Shown here: piece by piece, positions 14,364 to 27,612 of the stretch
Numbering within the stretch: the first letter of the stretch is position 1
Layout of the letters: each line of letters starts with the position of its first letter
DNA from: the human T2T-CHM13v2.0 reference genome, Homo sapiens
Direction: 5' to 3' (one strand)
NCBI RefSeq assembly: GCF_009914755.1
Contig: NC_060928.1
Length of the DNA: 64,000 nucleotides
Translations under genes and position numbers: made by a program
The notes under the pieces: generated by a model
What the model was told of the DNA's origin: nothing
The model's input: the letters and a program-made list of their open reading frames with translations, nothing else
Database searches by the model: none

Positions 14364-14590
14364 TTAAGACTAGTCTTTGGAACTTGCCCCACTCCACCTG
14401 AGTGGAAGTGTGGCCTGATCACCCACGGTGTGCCTGTATTGGCACCTTTGTTCTGGTTTTGACTCGGCTTGACTTGGTAGGACTAGTCTTTTGAACTTGC
14501 CCCACTCCACCTAAGTGGAAGCGTGGCCTGATCAACCCAAGGTGTGCCCTTATTGGCACCTTTGTTCTGGTTTTGACTTGACTTGAATTG
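14364..14590 (+). repeat. ~113-bp tandem duplication in the ERV leader containing the splice-donor region
   Basis: Copy 1 ttaagactagtctttggaacttgcccc... (14364-14476); copy 2 gtaggactagtctttttgaacttgcccc... (14477-14590). Confidence 0.85.
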
Positions 14591-14759
14591 CTGGATACTT
14601 TGGTTTCGGTTTTTGGCCTGGCTTGAATTTCTGGGTATGCTGATTTTGGTTTTGATTTTGGTTTGGTATAAACTGCAAAAGTGTGTGTGTGCCCTTTTAC
14701 CTGTTCTTTGTTTTGTGGTGTGTGTGTGGTGTGAGCGTGGTGTTTTGCCTCGAAAAAAC

Positions 14760-14954
14760 ATGGATCAGGTGCAAAGTAAGCCCACCCCACTGAGAACTAT
14801 GTTAAAGAATTTCAAGAAAGGATTTAATGGAGACTATGGAGTCACTATGACTCCAGGAAAACTTAGAGCTTTGTGTGAAATAGACTGGCCAGCATTAGAG
14901 GTAGGTTGGACATCGGAAGGAAGCCTGGACAGGTCCCTTGTTTCAAAGGTATGA
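14760..14954 (+). pseudogene. HERV-E-like gag matrix remnant
   Basis: MDQVQSKPTPLRTMLKNFKKGFNGDYGVTMTPGKLRALCEIDWPALEVGWTSEGSLD; Gly2 lost; early stop. Confidence 0.85.
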
Positions 14955-16949
14955 CACAAAGTAACCTGTAAACCAAGGCACCAAGACCAGTTTCCATACA
15001 TAGACAGTTACAGCTGTCTTTAGACCCCTTCCCCCCCAACAGTAGTTAAGAGAACAGCAGCATAAGCAGCTGGCAGAGGCAAGGAAAGACCAGCAGAGAG
15101 AAAAAAAAGGCCATCTATACCAATTCTAAGTTAATTTAGACTAAACAAGGTCTTATTAATAGCAAAGGATAATTGAAATCCCAAACTTACAAGGTTTTCA
15201 ACAAAAGTGAAGTTTGCTAAAAGTTAACAGTGTAACACATATTATGGTAAATTCTAATCTTGTGGCCTTAGACAGTCTAGTCCAAAGACATCAAAAAAGT
15301 TTGCTTAAAAAAAAATAAATGGTTATCTTCAAAAAAAAAAAAAAAAAAAAAAGAAGGGGAGGCAAAACTTACGTAAAAAGAGTGTTATATGGTAGGCAAA
15401 ATTTACGTAAAAAGAGTGTTATATGGTAAATTCTTGTTCTGAAATAAATTGGTTGTTTCAAGAAAAAAATGTTTGTAATAAGTCAAAAAGTTGAGACATG
15501 TTGAAGAATTGTCAGTGGAAGTCGTGAAAAAAAGTTATAAAAATTTATGCAAAAAGGTTTTATAATTTAAAAGTAATTTGGCCTCTTGAGTACTATTGAA
15601 GAAACAGTTTATGTGCAAAGTGTATAAAAAAGTAAAACATACGTTTGGTAAAAAGATTATAAGGAGGCATAAAAATGTGGATTTTTACCTACATTAAAAT
15701 GTTAAAAAAATTATTGTTTTAAAAGTTTAAGCAAGTTTTAAAACATTAATTGTAAAGAAAATTCTGTGTGTAAACATATTAGCTAAAGTTAAAAAGATAT
15801 CATCCAGTTTTTCTGCGAACTAGACATAAAAGTAAAAATGCAACAGGTTTTTTTTCTTAAAGCATCAACCTGCTCTTTAACAAAAATTATAAAAGGTTAA
15901 AAAGAGTCTATAAAATCTTACCTTATGGTCAAACATGAAAAATTAGATAAATATGTCTTCAAGGTTTTATTAAAATTAAGTTTAATATTAATAGCATACT
16001 AATATAAAGGTAAAATTTAGCTTATCTGGTATAAAAATCATACAAGAAGCATTATTAAATATAAAATGGTGTTTAGCTTTCTTTGGTCTAAAAACTAATA
16101 CAAATTGGTGCTAAAGGAAACATTCATTTTACTAGAAGATCACAGAAGTTAAAGACTTAAAAAAAACTTTGGCAATTAAGACAGCATACCAAGATGCAAA
16201 TGCCTGGTTGAAATAGATCAAATATTCCATCTGCACGTTAAACAAAAGCAATTGTTATGCTTGTGCACATGGCAGGCCAGAGGCCCTAATTGTCCCCTTT
16301 CCACTACAGTGGTCCTCCAGTTGACCAGGCGTAGGCTGCATGGTAACTCTTTTCCAGGATTCTACAGCCTGGAGTAATAAGTCATGCCATGCTCTCTCTG
16401 CTATATCCTGAAGTCCCTGTGGGTCAGCCTCCGAGGGCCATCCAGCTTCCATCTCCCAACACTAAGTTCACTTCGTGTCTCTCACAGCAGGGAGGAGACA
16501 GCATTCCTTAGAGACCTGAAAGGATGCAGTGAGCTTAAGAATTTTCGAAAGGTTATCAATCAGTCAGCCGTTGTTCATCCCCGAGCAGATGTGTGGTGGT
16601 ATTGTGGTGGACCTTTACTAGGTACTCTGCTGAATAAGTAGAGTGGCACTTGTGCTTTAGTCCATTTGGCTATCCCTTTCATCCTGGCATTTCATCAACC
16701 AGAGGAAGAAAAGAAAATAATAAGATATCATAAAGCGAGAGAAGCCCCTTATAGGTCTTCCAACTCTCATATCTATTTAGATGCAATTAGAGCCCCGCAA
16801 GGAATACCAGATCAATTTAAAGCTTGAAATCAAATAGCTACAGGATTTAAGTCAATATTTTGGTAGATGACAGTGAATAAAAATGTAGATTAGATAAACT
16901 ACATCTATTACAACCAACAGCAAAGAGCTTTTCATGAGTTAAAAAAAAA

Positions 16950-17480
16950 AAAACTCATGTCGGCCCCAGCCCTGAGGTTACCTGACCTGACTCTGTGAAG
17001 TCTGTGTGTCAGAAAAGAAAAAAATGGCAGTTGGAGTTTTAACTCAGACTGTGGGGCACTGGCCAAGGCCAGTGGCCTATCTCTCAAAACAAAAAGACGG
17101 GGTTTCCAAAGGCTGGCCCCCATGTCCAAGGGCCCTGGCAGCAATGGCCCTGTTACCACAAGAAGCAGATAAGCTAACTCTTAGACAAAACCTAAACATA
17201 AAGTCTCCCCATGCTGTGGTGATTTTAATAAATACTAAAGGACACCATTAGCTAATAAATGTTACACTAAGTAGATACCAAAGCTTGCTCTGTGAAAATC
17301 CCCACATAACCATTGAAGTTTGCAACACCCTAACCCCGCCACCTTACTCCTGGTATCAGAGAGCCTAGTTAAACATAACTGTTTAGAGGTGCTGGACTCA
17401 GTTTATTCTAGTAGGCCCAACCTCCGAGACAATCCTTAACCATCAGTAGACTAGGAGTTGTATGTAGATAGGAGCAGCGT
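16950..17480 (+). pseudogene. Retroviral pol fragment (RT connection/tether to RNase H start)
   Basis: MAVGVLTQTVGHWPRPVAYLSKQ..GWPPCPRALAA..EADKLTL, homologous to the 23308-23748 ORF of the neighbouring ERV. Confidence 0.8.
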
Positions 17481-17569
17481 CACCAACCCCTGCAAAGTGA
17501 CTCTGAAGAAGACTACAAGCCCTGCTCCAGTCACACCCAGAAGCTGACTGGTCCACGCACGGCTGAAGC

Positions 17570-17890
17570 ATGAGGAAACTCATCGCAGGACTCATTTTCC
17601 TTAAAATTTGGACTTGTACATTAAGGACTTCAGCTGAACTTCCTCAGACTGAGGGCTGTTCCCAGTATATACATCAAGTCACTGAGGTAGGAAAAAAGAT
17701 TGCTACAGTCCTATTATTTTATAGTTATTATGAATGCCTAGGAACTCCAAAAGGAACTTGTTTGTACAATAACACTCAGTACAAAGTATGTAATCCAGGA
17801 AGTGACCAGCCTGATGCGTGTTATGACTCACTGTAAGCCTCCCATGATTAAGGACTGATCCTTTTCTAAGTGACAGAAGTAAAGTAATAG

Positions 17891-17923
<33 letters not shown>

Positions 17924-19625
17924 AAGGTCCCCAAAAACGTAATCTTAAAATTTGGCACTTGTGCTGCTATTAATAGTAAGCAGCATGAGATAAGATGTGG
18001 TTCTCTAAATTGAAAAACTAGTTACACAGTAAAAAAATAAGTATATCTGTCAAGAATCATATTTTTGTGAGATGTGTTAATACTGGTCTTGTGTCATTTA
18101 GACTACTTAAAAAAAGATAAAAAGGATCCTGTTTGACTCCAAAAAAAAAAAAAGGTCAGCCCCTCCCCTCCTGCATGAGTAGGAGCTGCAACCTTTTAAA
18201 ATTGATAATCACAAACCCCTCAGACCCAAAGTAAAATAAAGAAAAATATGTAACATTAGACATTAACAGAAAAAGACTAGATCCTAGTGTAAGCATCCTA
18301 ATAAAAGAAGAAGTTCAAGAACACTATCCAGAACCAGTATTTCAGACTTTCTATGATGAACTAAAAGTGCCAGTACCCGAGATTCCAGGAAAAACTAAAA
18401 ATTTGTTTTTGCAATTAGCCGAACACATAGCCCAGTCTCTACAAGTCACTTCACGTTATGTTTGTGGAAAAACCGTAACAGGAGATCAATGGCCATGGGA
18501 AGCCCCAGAATTAGTTCCTAAAGACCCAGTTCCTGATGAATTCCCAGACCAAAAGAATCACCCTGATCATCTCTAGGTTCTAAAAGTCTCAATTATTAGA
18601 CAGTATTGCATATCTAAAGAAAGAAAAGGATTCGCTCATCCTGTAAGGCAGCTTAGCTGTCTTAGACAAAAGCTCTATAATAGTACCACAAAAACAGTTA
18701 CATGGTGGAGTTCCAATTACACAGAAAGAAATCCATTCAGTAAATTTCCAAAGTTGCATACTGTTTAGGCCCACCCAGAATTCTACCAGGACTGGATGGT
18801 CCCCACCAGGTTATACTAGATATGTAGACACAGAGCTTATGCTAAGCTGCCTGATCAGTGGAGAGGTAGCTGTGCAATTGGCACCATTAAGCCTTCTTTC
18901 TTCTTACTGCCCATAAAAACAGGTAAACTTCTAGGCTTCCCAGTCTATGCTTCCCACAAAAAAGGAAGCATAGCCATAGGTGATTAAAAAGATAATAAAT
19001 GGCCCCCTGAAAAAATCATACAATACTATGGACCTGCCACTTGGGCACAAGATGGCTCATGAAGATACTAGACCCCCATCTAAATGCTCAACCGAATCAT
19101 ACGGTTACAAGCTGTTTTAGAAATTATTACTAATAAAACCGATCAAGCCTTGACTGTTCTTGCCCGTCAAGAGACTCTGATGAGAAATGCGATCTATCAA
19201 AATAGACTAGTTCTCGACTACTTGCTAGCAGCTGAAAGAAAAGTTTGTAGAAAATTTAACCTTACTAATTGTTGTCTACACATAGATGATCAAGGACAAG
19301 TAGTTGAGGATATAGTTAAAGACATAACAAAACTGGCACATGTACCCATGCAAGTGTGGCACGGACACAATCTGGAAGCCATGTTTAAAAATTAGTTCCC
19401 AGCAATAGGAAGATTTAAAACTCTTCTAATAAGAGTAATAATAGTAATTAAGAACCTACTTACTGCTCCTTTGTTTCCTACCTGTACTTCTTCAAATGAT
19501 AAAAAGCTTCATCGCTACCTTAGTTCACCAAAGCGCTTCAGCACAAGTGTACTATATAAATCACTATCAATCTGTTGCACAAAAAGACATAAGTAACAAA
19601 AATAAGAGTGAGAACTCCCGCTAAT
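17570..19625 (+). pseudogene. HERV-E-type env, multiply stopped
   Basis: Signal peptide MRKLIAGLIFLKIW, SU pieces (NLFLQLAEHIAQSL, GDQWPWEA), [41 protein letters not shown] (ISD and CX6CC). Confidence 0.88.
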
Positions 19626-19653
19626 AAAAAGTGAGAGTCTCAAAAGGGGGGAA

Positions 19654-20133
19654 TGAAGGAAGAGAAAGACCCTCTCATATTATTTTATATTGTTTTATCC
19701 TCAGTACCTGTTTTAAGAAAAAAACAAATAAGTGAAATCAAAGACAGCCAGCCCAGCACCATGCCCAAAACCAGCCCTGGGCCTGCCTGGCTTAAACCTA
19801 GTAGTTAAAAATCAACTCATGACTTAGAAACTGATGTTATTCATAAATTCCAGACATTGTATAGAAGAACATGGTGAAACTCCCTGCCCTGTTCTGTTTC
19901 TCTCTGACCACCAGTGCATGCAGCCCCTGTCATGCACCACCTGCTTGCTCAAATCAATCATGAACTTTTCATGTGAAATCTTCAGTGTTGTGAGCCCTTA
20001 AAAGGGACAGAAATTGTGTATTTGGGGAGCTCAGATTTTAAGGCAGTAGCTTGCTGATGCTCCCAGCTGAATAAAGCCCTTCCTTCTACAACTCGGTGTC
20101 TGAGAAGTTTTGCCTGTGGCTTGTCCTGCTACA
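19654..20133 (+). mobile_element. 3' LTR (LTR2B)
   Basis: Direct repeat of 13622-14098 (about 7% different by eye); intact AATAAA 20070-20075; ends tgctaca. Confidence 0.92.
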
Positions 20134-20246
20134 CACACACACACGCACACTTGCATGACTGTGCATTAATAATAGAGGAAATGTATCTTGTGGCACATAC
20201 CTCCTTCCAAAGGAACTGAGTGATGAGGTTTGTTTAAAAAATTGAC

Positions 20247-20440
20247 ACTACTGAAAACAGTATGGAGGTTTCTCAAAATATTTAACGTAAGATTACCATA
20301 TGATGCAGCAATCCCTCTTCTGGATATTTATCCATAAGAATTAAAATCAGGATCTCAAAGGGATATTTGCACATCCATATTCATAACAGCACTATTACAA
20401 AAGCTCAGACCTTGAAACAATCCCAGCATCTATCTGAGCA
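20247..20440 (+). mobile_element. L1M ORF2-end fragment, abruptly truncated at the second ERV
   Basis: gaaaacagtatggaggtttctcaaaa...accatatgatgcagcaatccctcttctggatatttatcc. Confidence 0.75.
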
Positions 20441-20516
20441 AAGTGTAGGAACAACCGGGTCCGACTGGTCTAAAATGAAAGGAAAGGTGAATGTGCTGTG
20501 TTGTAACTGGCAGGAA

Positions 20517-21905
20517 ATGGGAGGAAAATCCTCAAAACCCACCCCATTGGAATTCATGTTAAAGAACTTTAAGAAAGGCTTTGTGGTGGAGGGGGTGGTG
20601 GTTAGGGAGTCAAGTTAACCCACTGAATGCTGAGAGCTCTCTGTGAATTAGAATAGCCCTCTTTTGGTGTTGGCTGGCTGGCCAAATGTACTTATAGACA
20701 GGGACACAATTGGCCCTGTGTTTAAGGTGGTGACCGGAGTCAGAGGACAGTCAGGGCATTCAGACCAAATTTCCTTATATTAACTCATGGCTGAATGCAG
20801 CCCTGTTTAGCAGCTTATTGCAGAATGCTCGCAGTTCAAGCCGAGAGAAATCAGCTGTGCTGGCAGCTACAAAGACAAAGTGAAAACAGAGTTAAAGGGA
20901 AAGTCACAGGAGCTTGTAGCCTGAGCTGAGCTGAAAGTGAAATCTTCTCTGGCAAACACAGAGACAAAAAGAAAGCCACAGGAAAACCCAGTTTTGCAAG
21001 AACCACTGGAGGGAAGAGACCCTTCCTCCATATGCTCCAATCTACCCACCTTTACCCAGAGTTACTGCCTCTGAGGAGTCAAGCTCAAAGGGATACATGC
21101 CCCAGTCTCACCTGAGATGGAAAAATCTGAGCCCTCACTCCAGGAAGTTAAGGTGAAATGCTAGGAAAATAAAGCAAACTTGTCTCCAGTCAGGTCATGT
21201 TTGGGCTATGCAAATGCCTTTCTGGGAAACAAGAGGACCCCGACTAGGACCCAAATGAGGCAGCCCAACTACAGCAGCTGCCCAGATACCAAAAGGCACT
21301 CCTGCAAAGTTTAAGGGAAGGCGGGAGAAAGGCAATCAATATAGGGAAAAATCTCATAGGTGCTTCAGGGTGCATATGAAAGCCCCAGCCAGTTTTATAA
21401 AAGACTTAGTGAGGCCAGCACATGCTGAACACGGCATTTGTAGAGCAGGCCCAGGGGGATATCAGGCAAAAATTGCAGAAAATGGAAGGTTTTGCAGGCA
21501 TGAATGCTATTCAGTTTATTGAAGTGGCCACAAGTTGTACATTAACGGAGATCAGGAGGCAAAGACAGAGGCTAATCAAAGGCTTAAGAAAAAGGCTGAT
21601 TGGCTGGCAGCAGCTCTCACAGGGAGGGAAGCTGGCTTTGCAAGGTGGCGTGATGTGGGCATGGAAGTGGGCATGGAAGAAGCCAGTATGGACAGGGATT
21701 TGAGAGCAGGCCCAGGTTGGAAAGAGATCAGTGTGCACAGTGCAAAAGACAAGGACACTGGAAGGATGAGTGTCCAGAGAATAATAATAAGGAGAAGGGT
21801 CAGGGCCATCGTACAGGAAGGCCACCAGCCAGGGGCTGCCACACCCAGGAGAAACCAGGCACTGATCTGATCAGACTGGCAGGGGCTGAAGGATATGAGG
21901 ACTAG
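20517..21905 (+). pseudogene. gag remnant (MA, MHR, NC zinc knuckle)
   Basis: MGGKSSKPTPLEFMLKNFKKGF; QGAYESPSQFYKRLSEA (MHR-like); CAQCKRQGHWKDEC (CX2CX4HX4C); TAG 21903-21905; frameshifts and deletions. Confidence 0.88.
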
Positions 21906-24900
21906 GACAGACCAGGCTGCTTCTCTTTGGGCCCTGAGAAGCCCATGGCCAGATTGGAAGTTAGAGGCCAGCTAATGGACTTTATGGTAGACACCAGAGC
22001 TAAACACTCAGTAGTGACCCAACCTATAGGGCCACTATCCAAGAACTGTGCAACTATTGTGGGAGCCACTGGAGTCTCTGAAAAGAGGCCCATTGGTTGG
22101 TCAAAGAGGTGTGTTATAGGAGGATGAGAAGTCCAACGTGAATTCTCATCCCAAATGGTTCTGTTCCTTTGCTGGGAAGAGACCTACTTCAAAAACTGCA
22201 GGTACAGATTACATTTGGGCCACAAGGGAATGTAACTTTAAATCTACCTCACCCGGAGGCTATGATGTTAACCCGTACTGTACCATAGGCTGAAGAATAG
22301 AGGCTATATGCAAAAAAGACTCTGGAACCAAGAGTAAATGAAATGCCTGGGTTGCTTACTAAAATTCCCAGAGTTTGGGCTGATAGTAACCCACCTGGAC
22401 TGGCTGTAAGTCAGGCACCAGTGGTGGTAGAGTTAAAACTGGGAGCAACTCCAGTTCAGGTCCAACAGTACCTGCTACTCCCTGAGGCCATACTGGGTGT
22501 CCGCAAATATTTAGAGTCTTCATAAACATGGAATCATAGTCAAATGCCAGTCACCATGGAACACCCCTCTCTTGCCAGTGCGGAAGCCGTCTGGTGAATA
22601 TAGACCAGTACAGAATTTGTGTGTGGAAAACTAGGCCACGGTGACCATCCACCCAGTGGTGCCAAACCCATATACTTTAATGGGACATATTCCAGCAAGT
22701 GCCACTTGATTTACAGTCCTAGATTTAAAGGATACATTTTTCCGTCTCTGGCTTGCACCAATTAATGAGCCTATTTTTGCTTTTCAATGGGGTAAATCAC
22801 AGTACACTTGGACAAGACTCCCACAAGGATTTAAAAACTCTCCTACAATCTTTGAAGAGGCACAGGCCTCAGACCTTAAAGCATACACCCCACCAAACAG
22901 TGACTGTGTCTTGCTCCAGTACATTGATGATCTTCTTCTAGCAGCCCCGACCTGAGAGGACTGCTTCGAGGGGACCCAAGACCTCCTGCACTTGCTATGG
23001 AAGGCAGGATATAAAGTGTCAGGGAACAAGTCTCAAATCTGCTCTGAAAGTGACCAGTATTTAGGCTTCTATATAAGCCAAAGGAAAAGATGGCTTGGTA
23101 GTGAACAGAAGCAGACCATTTGTACACTTCCTACTCCAACCACCCGGTGACAAGAGAGTTCCTAGGGCCAGCAGGGTCCTGCTGCATCTGGATCCCAAAT
23201 TTCTCGCTCATGGCTAAGCCATTATATGAAGCCACAAAGAGGGGAAAAAGGAGCTCCTCCTCTGGGAGGCTGACCAGGAGAAGGCCTTTAAGGAAATCAA
23301 AGAAGCCTTGACTCAGGCCCCAACTTTAGGACTGCCAGATCTAACTAAGCCTTTCTTTTTATATGTCCATGAGCAAAAGGGAATGGCCGTAAGAGTTCTA
23401 ACTCAAGCCATAGGATTGTGGCATCACCCGGTGGCATACCTATCCAGGCAATTGAATTCTGTGGCACCTGGATGGAGTCTTTGTTTTAAGACACTAGCTA
23501 TCACTGCTCGGCTGGCACAGGAAGCTAATAAGCTGACTTTAGGACAGCAAGTGACAATCCAGCTACTGCACTCAGTTATAACTTTGATGGACCAAAGGGG
23601 GCACCATTGGTTTTCGAATCCGAGAATAACTCAATACCAAGGGCTCCTATGTGATAATCCCTGTGTAACTTTAGAGACTGTGAGTACCCTAAACCCAGCT
23701 ACCTTGCTCCTCATTGAATCAGTGCCAGGAAGCCCCCTTCATTGCTGAGTGGATGTGGTAGATGAAGTGTTCTCAAGCCAGAGAGATCTGACAGATCGGC
23801 CCCTTGGAGACCTGGACATTGAATATTTTACTGATGGGAGCAGCTTCATACTAGAGGGAGTCCACCAAACTGGGTATGCAGTGGTGACTTTGGACTCAGC
23901 AGTAGAGGCACAGTCTTTGTCTACAGGAACTGCCTCTCAGAAAGCAAAGCTGATAGGTCTTATAAGAGCTCTCTGGCTAGCAAAAGACCAGAAGGCAAAT
24001 ATTTACACAGACTCTAAATATGCTTTTGCCACTTTGCATGTTCATGGGGCTATTTACAAAGAAAAAAGACTCTTAACTCCTGGAGGTAAAGAAATAAAGT
24101 GTAATGAAGAAATTCTACGGCTCCTGGATGTGGTATGGGCCCCCAAACAGGTAGCAGTAATGCACTGTAGGCAAAAGGCAGGAACATTAGAGGCTAAAGG
24201 AAACAGAAAGGCAGACAAAGAGGCAAAGCAAGCTGCAATGGCAACTCCACCTTCTATTCTAAAGAAGAAGCCTTAGCTATGCCTCTCCTCCTGGAGATTC
24301 CCCTTCCAGGGACCCCAAGCTACACTCCAAATAAAAGGGCTTGATTTGCCCAGGAAAATGGGAATTACGTTGAAGGAAGATGGTGGAAATTCTCCAATGG
24401 GAGGCTAGCCATACCTGAAATCTTGGCCCCCAGATTTGCAAAACAGTTCCAAGGAACTCACATGAGAAAAACGGTGCTAGAGACATGATTAGGGTGTCAT
24501 TTCTATGTGCAATGGCTCACCGCTATTACTTGAGCCATTTGTAAACAGCGTTTAACTTGTGCCCAAAACAACCCCTGAAAAGGGCCCACTCAGCCCCCGG
24601 GAATTCAGGAAAAAGGAGCTATGCCCTGTGAAAACCTGCTTATGGACTTCACCGAATTGCCCCAAGCAGGGGTCTATAGGTACATTTTGGTGCTTGTCTG
24701 TACCTTTTCAGGATGGGTCATGGCCTTCTCCGTCAGGACAGAGAAGGCATGAGAGTTGATGAAGGTATTGTTAAGAGACATTATTCCCAGATTTGGACTG
24801 CCCCTAACTTTGGGTTCAGATAATGGACTGGCATTTGTGGCTGAAATCGTTCAGGACTTAACTCGACTGTTAAAAATAAAATGGAAGTTGCATCCAGTCT

Positions 24901-25450
24901 ACCAGCCTCAGTGCTCAGTAAAGATGGAGCACATGAACCAGATACTCAAGCAGCTGCTGAAGAAATTTTGTCAGGAAACTCATCTGAGGTGGGACCAGGT
25001 CTTGCCCATGGTCTTTCTCCAAGTCAGGTGCACCCCCACAAAACAAACCACACTGGGTATTCGCCCAATGAGATTTTGTTCAGCCAGCCACCCCCAATCA
25101 TAAGTCAGATTAAAGGTAATCTCCGTGAGCTACAAAAACTAACTTTAAGAAGGCAAATGCAGGCTTTAGATATGGCCATGCAAAAAGTATATGGCTAAGC
25201 GCAGGAAAGAATGCCTATAAGTCTGGCAGACCCAGTACACCCTTTCAAACCTGAAGACTTTGTTTAGGTTAAGAAATAGACTCCAACTATTCTGAGCCCC
25301 ATATGGGACGGGCCCCATATTGTGATCTTGTCCACTCCCACTGTTGTTAAAATTGCAGGTATCGTGCCTTGGATCCACCACAGTCAGCTGAAATTATCAG
25401 CCCAGGACCAGTGGACCAACCAGCAGGACATAGACCATCTGACCCGAATG
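21906..25450 (+). pseudogene. pro-pol remnant (protease, RT, RNase H, integrase)
   Basis: FMVDTRAKHS (DTG mutated); [12 protein letters not shown] and YIDD at 22920; YFTDGSS, NIYTDSKYAF, GNRKADKEAK; LGSDNGLAF; many stops and frameshifts. Confidence 0.9.
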
Positions 25451-25731
25451 ATCCTGCAATGAGACCACATTGCCAGTGGAGATGACAACAGCACTGCTCT
25501 GGTCACTCTGGAAGATGACCAGTCTATGCATGGTGGAAGCTTGAGAAAATAGCAAGCCCTGCTCTAGTCACACCAAGAACTGACTAGTCTATGCACGGCC
25601 GAAGCTTGAAGAATCGTCATCAGATGAATAAATGTGGCCAGAAATCTTAGGCCCAGTAATCTTCTTTGTATTATTCATTATATTGCTCTTGTGCTATTGT
25701 TTAACCAACCCCCTAAATGCCTTTACTGTCC

Positions 25732-26793
<1,062 letters not shown>

Positions 26794-26825
26794 ATTCCAT
26801 TTACAGGAGGCATCAAAGGGGAAGA

Positions 26826-27612
<787 letters not shown>

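Larger units (their letters stand above)
13622..20133 (+). mobile_element. Complete LTR2B / Harlequin-type (HERV-E-related recombinant) provirus
   Basis: Two ~480-bp LTRs with TG..CA ends, tRNA-Glu PBS, PPT aaaagggggga at 19642-19652, 4-bp TSD CACA (13618-13621, 20134-20137); mosaic interior with gag-MA, AT-rich block, env-like and pol fragments, then env. Confidence 0.92.

Noticed and set aside
17570-19395. Possible domesticated syncytin-like env
   Set aside because: Many stops and frameshifts, a polyA run, and a mutated furin site (HKKG)
23308-25198. Long pol ORFs (146, 175, 115 aa) as functional enzymes
   Set aside because: Fragments of a broken pol separated by stops and frameshifts; no 5' LTR of their own
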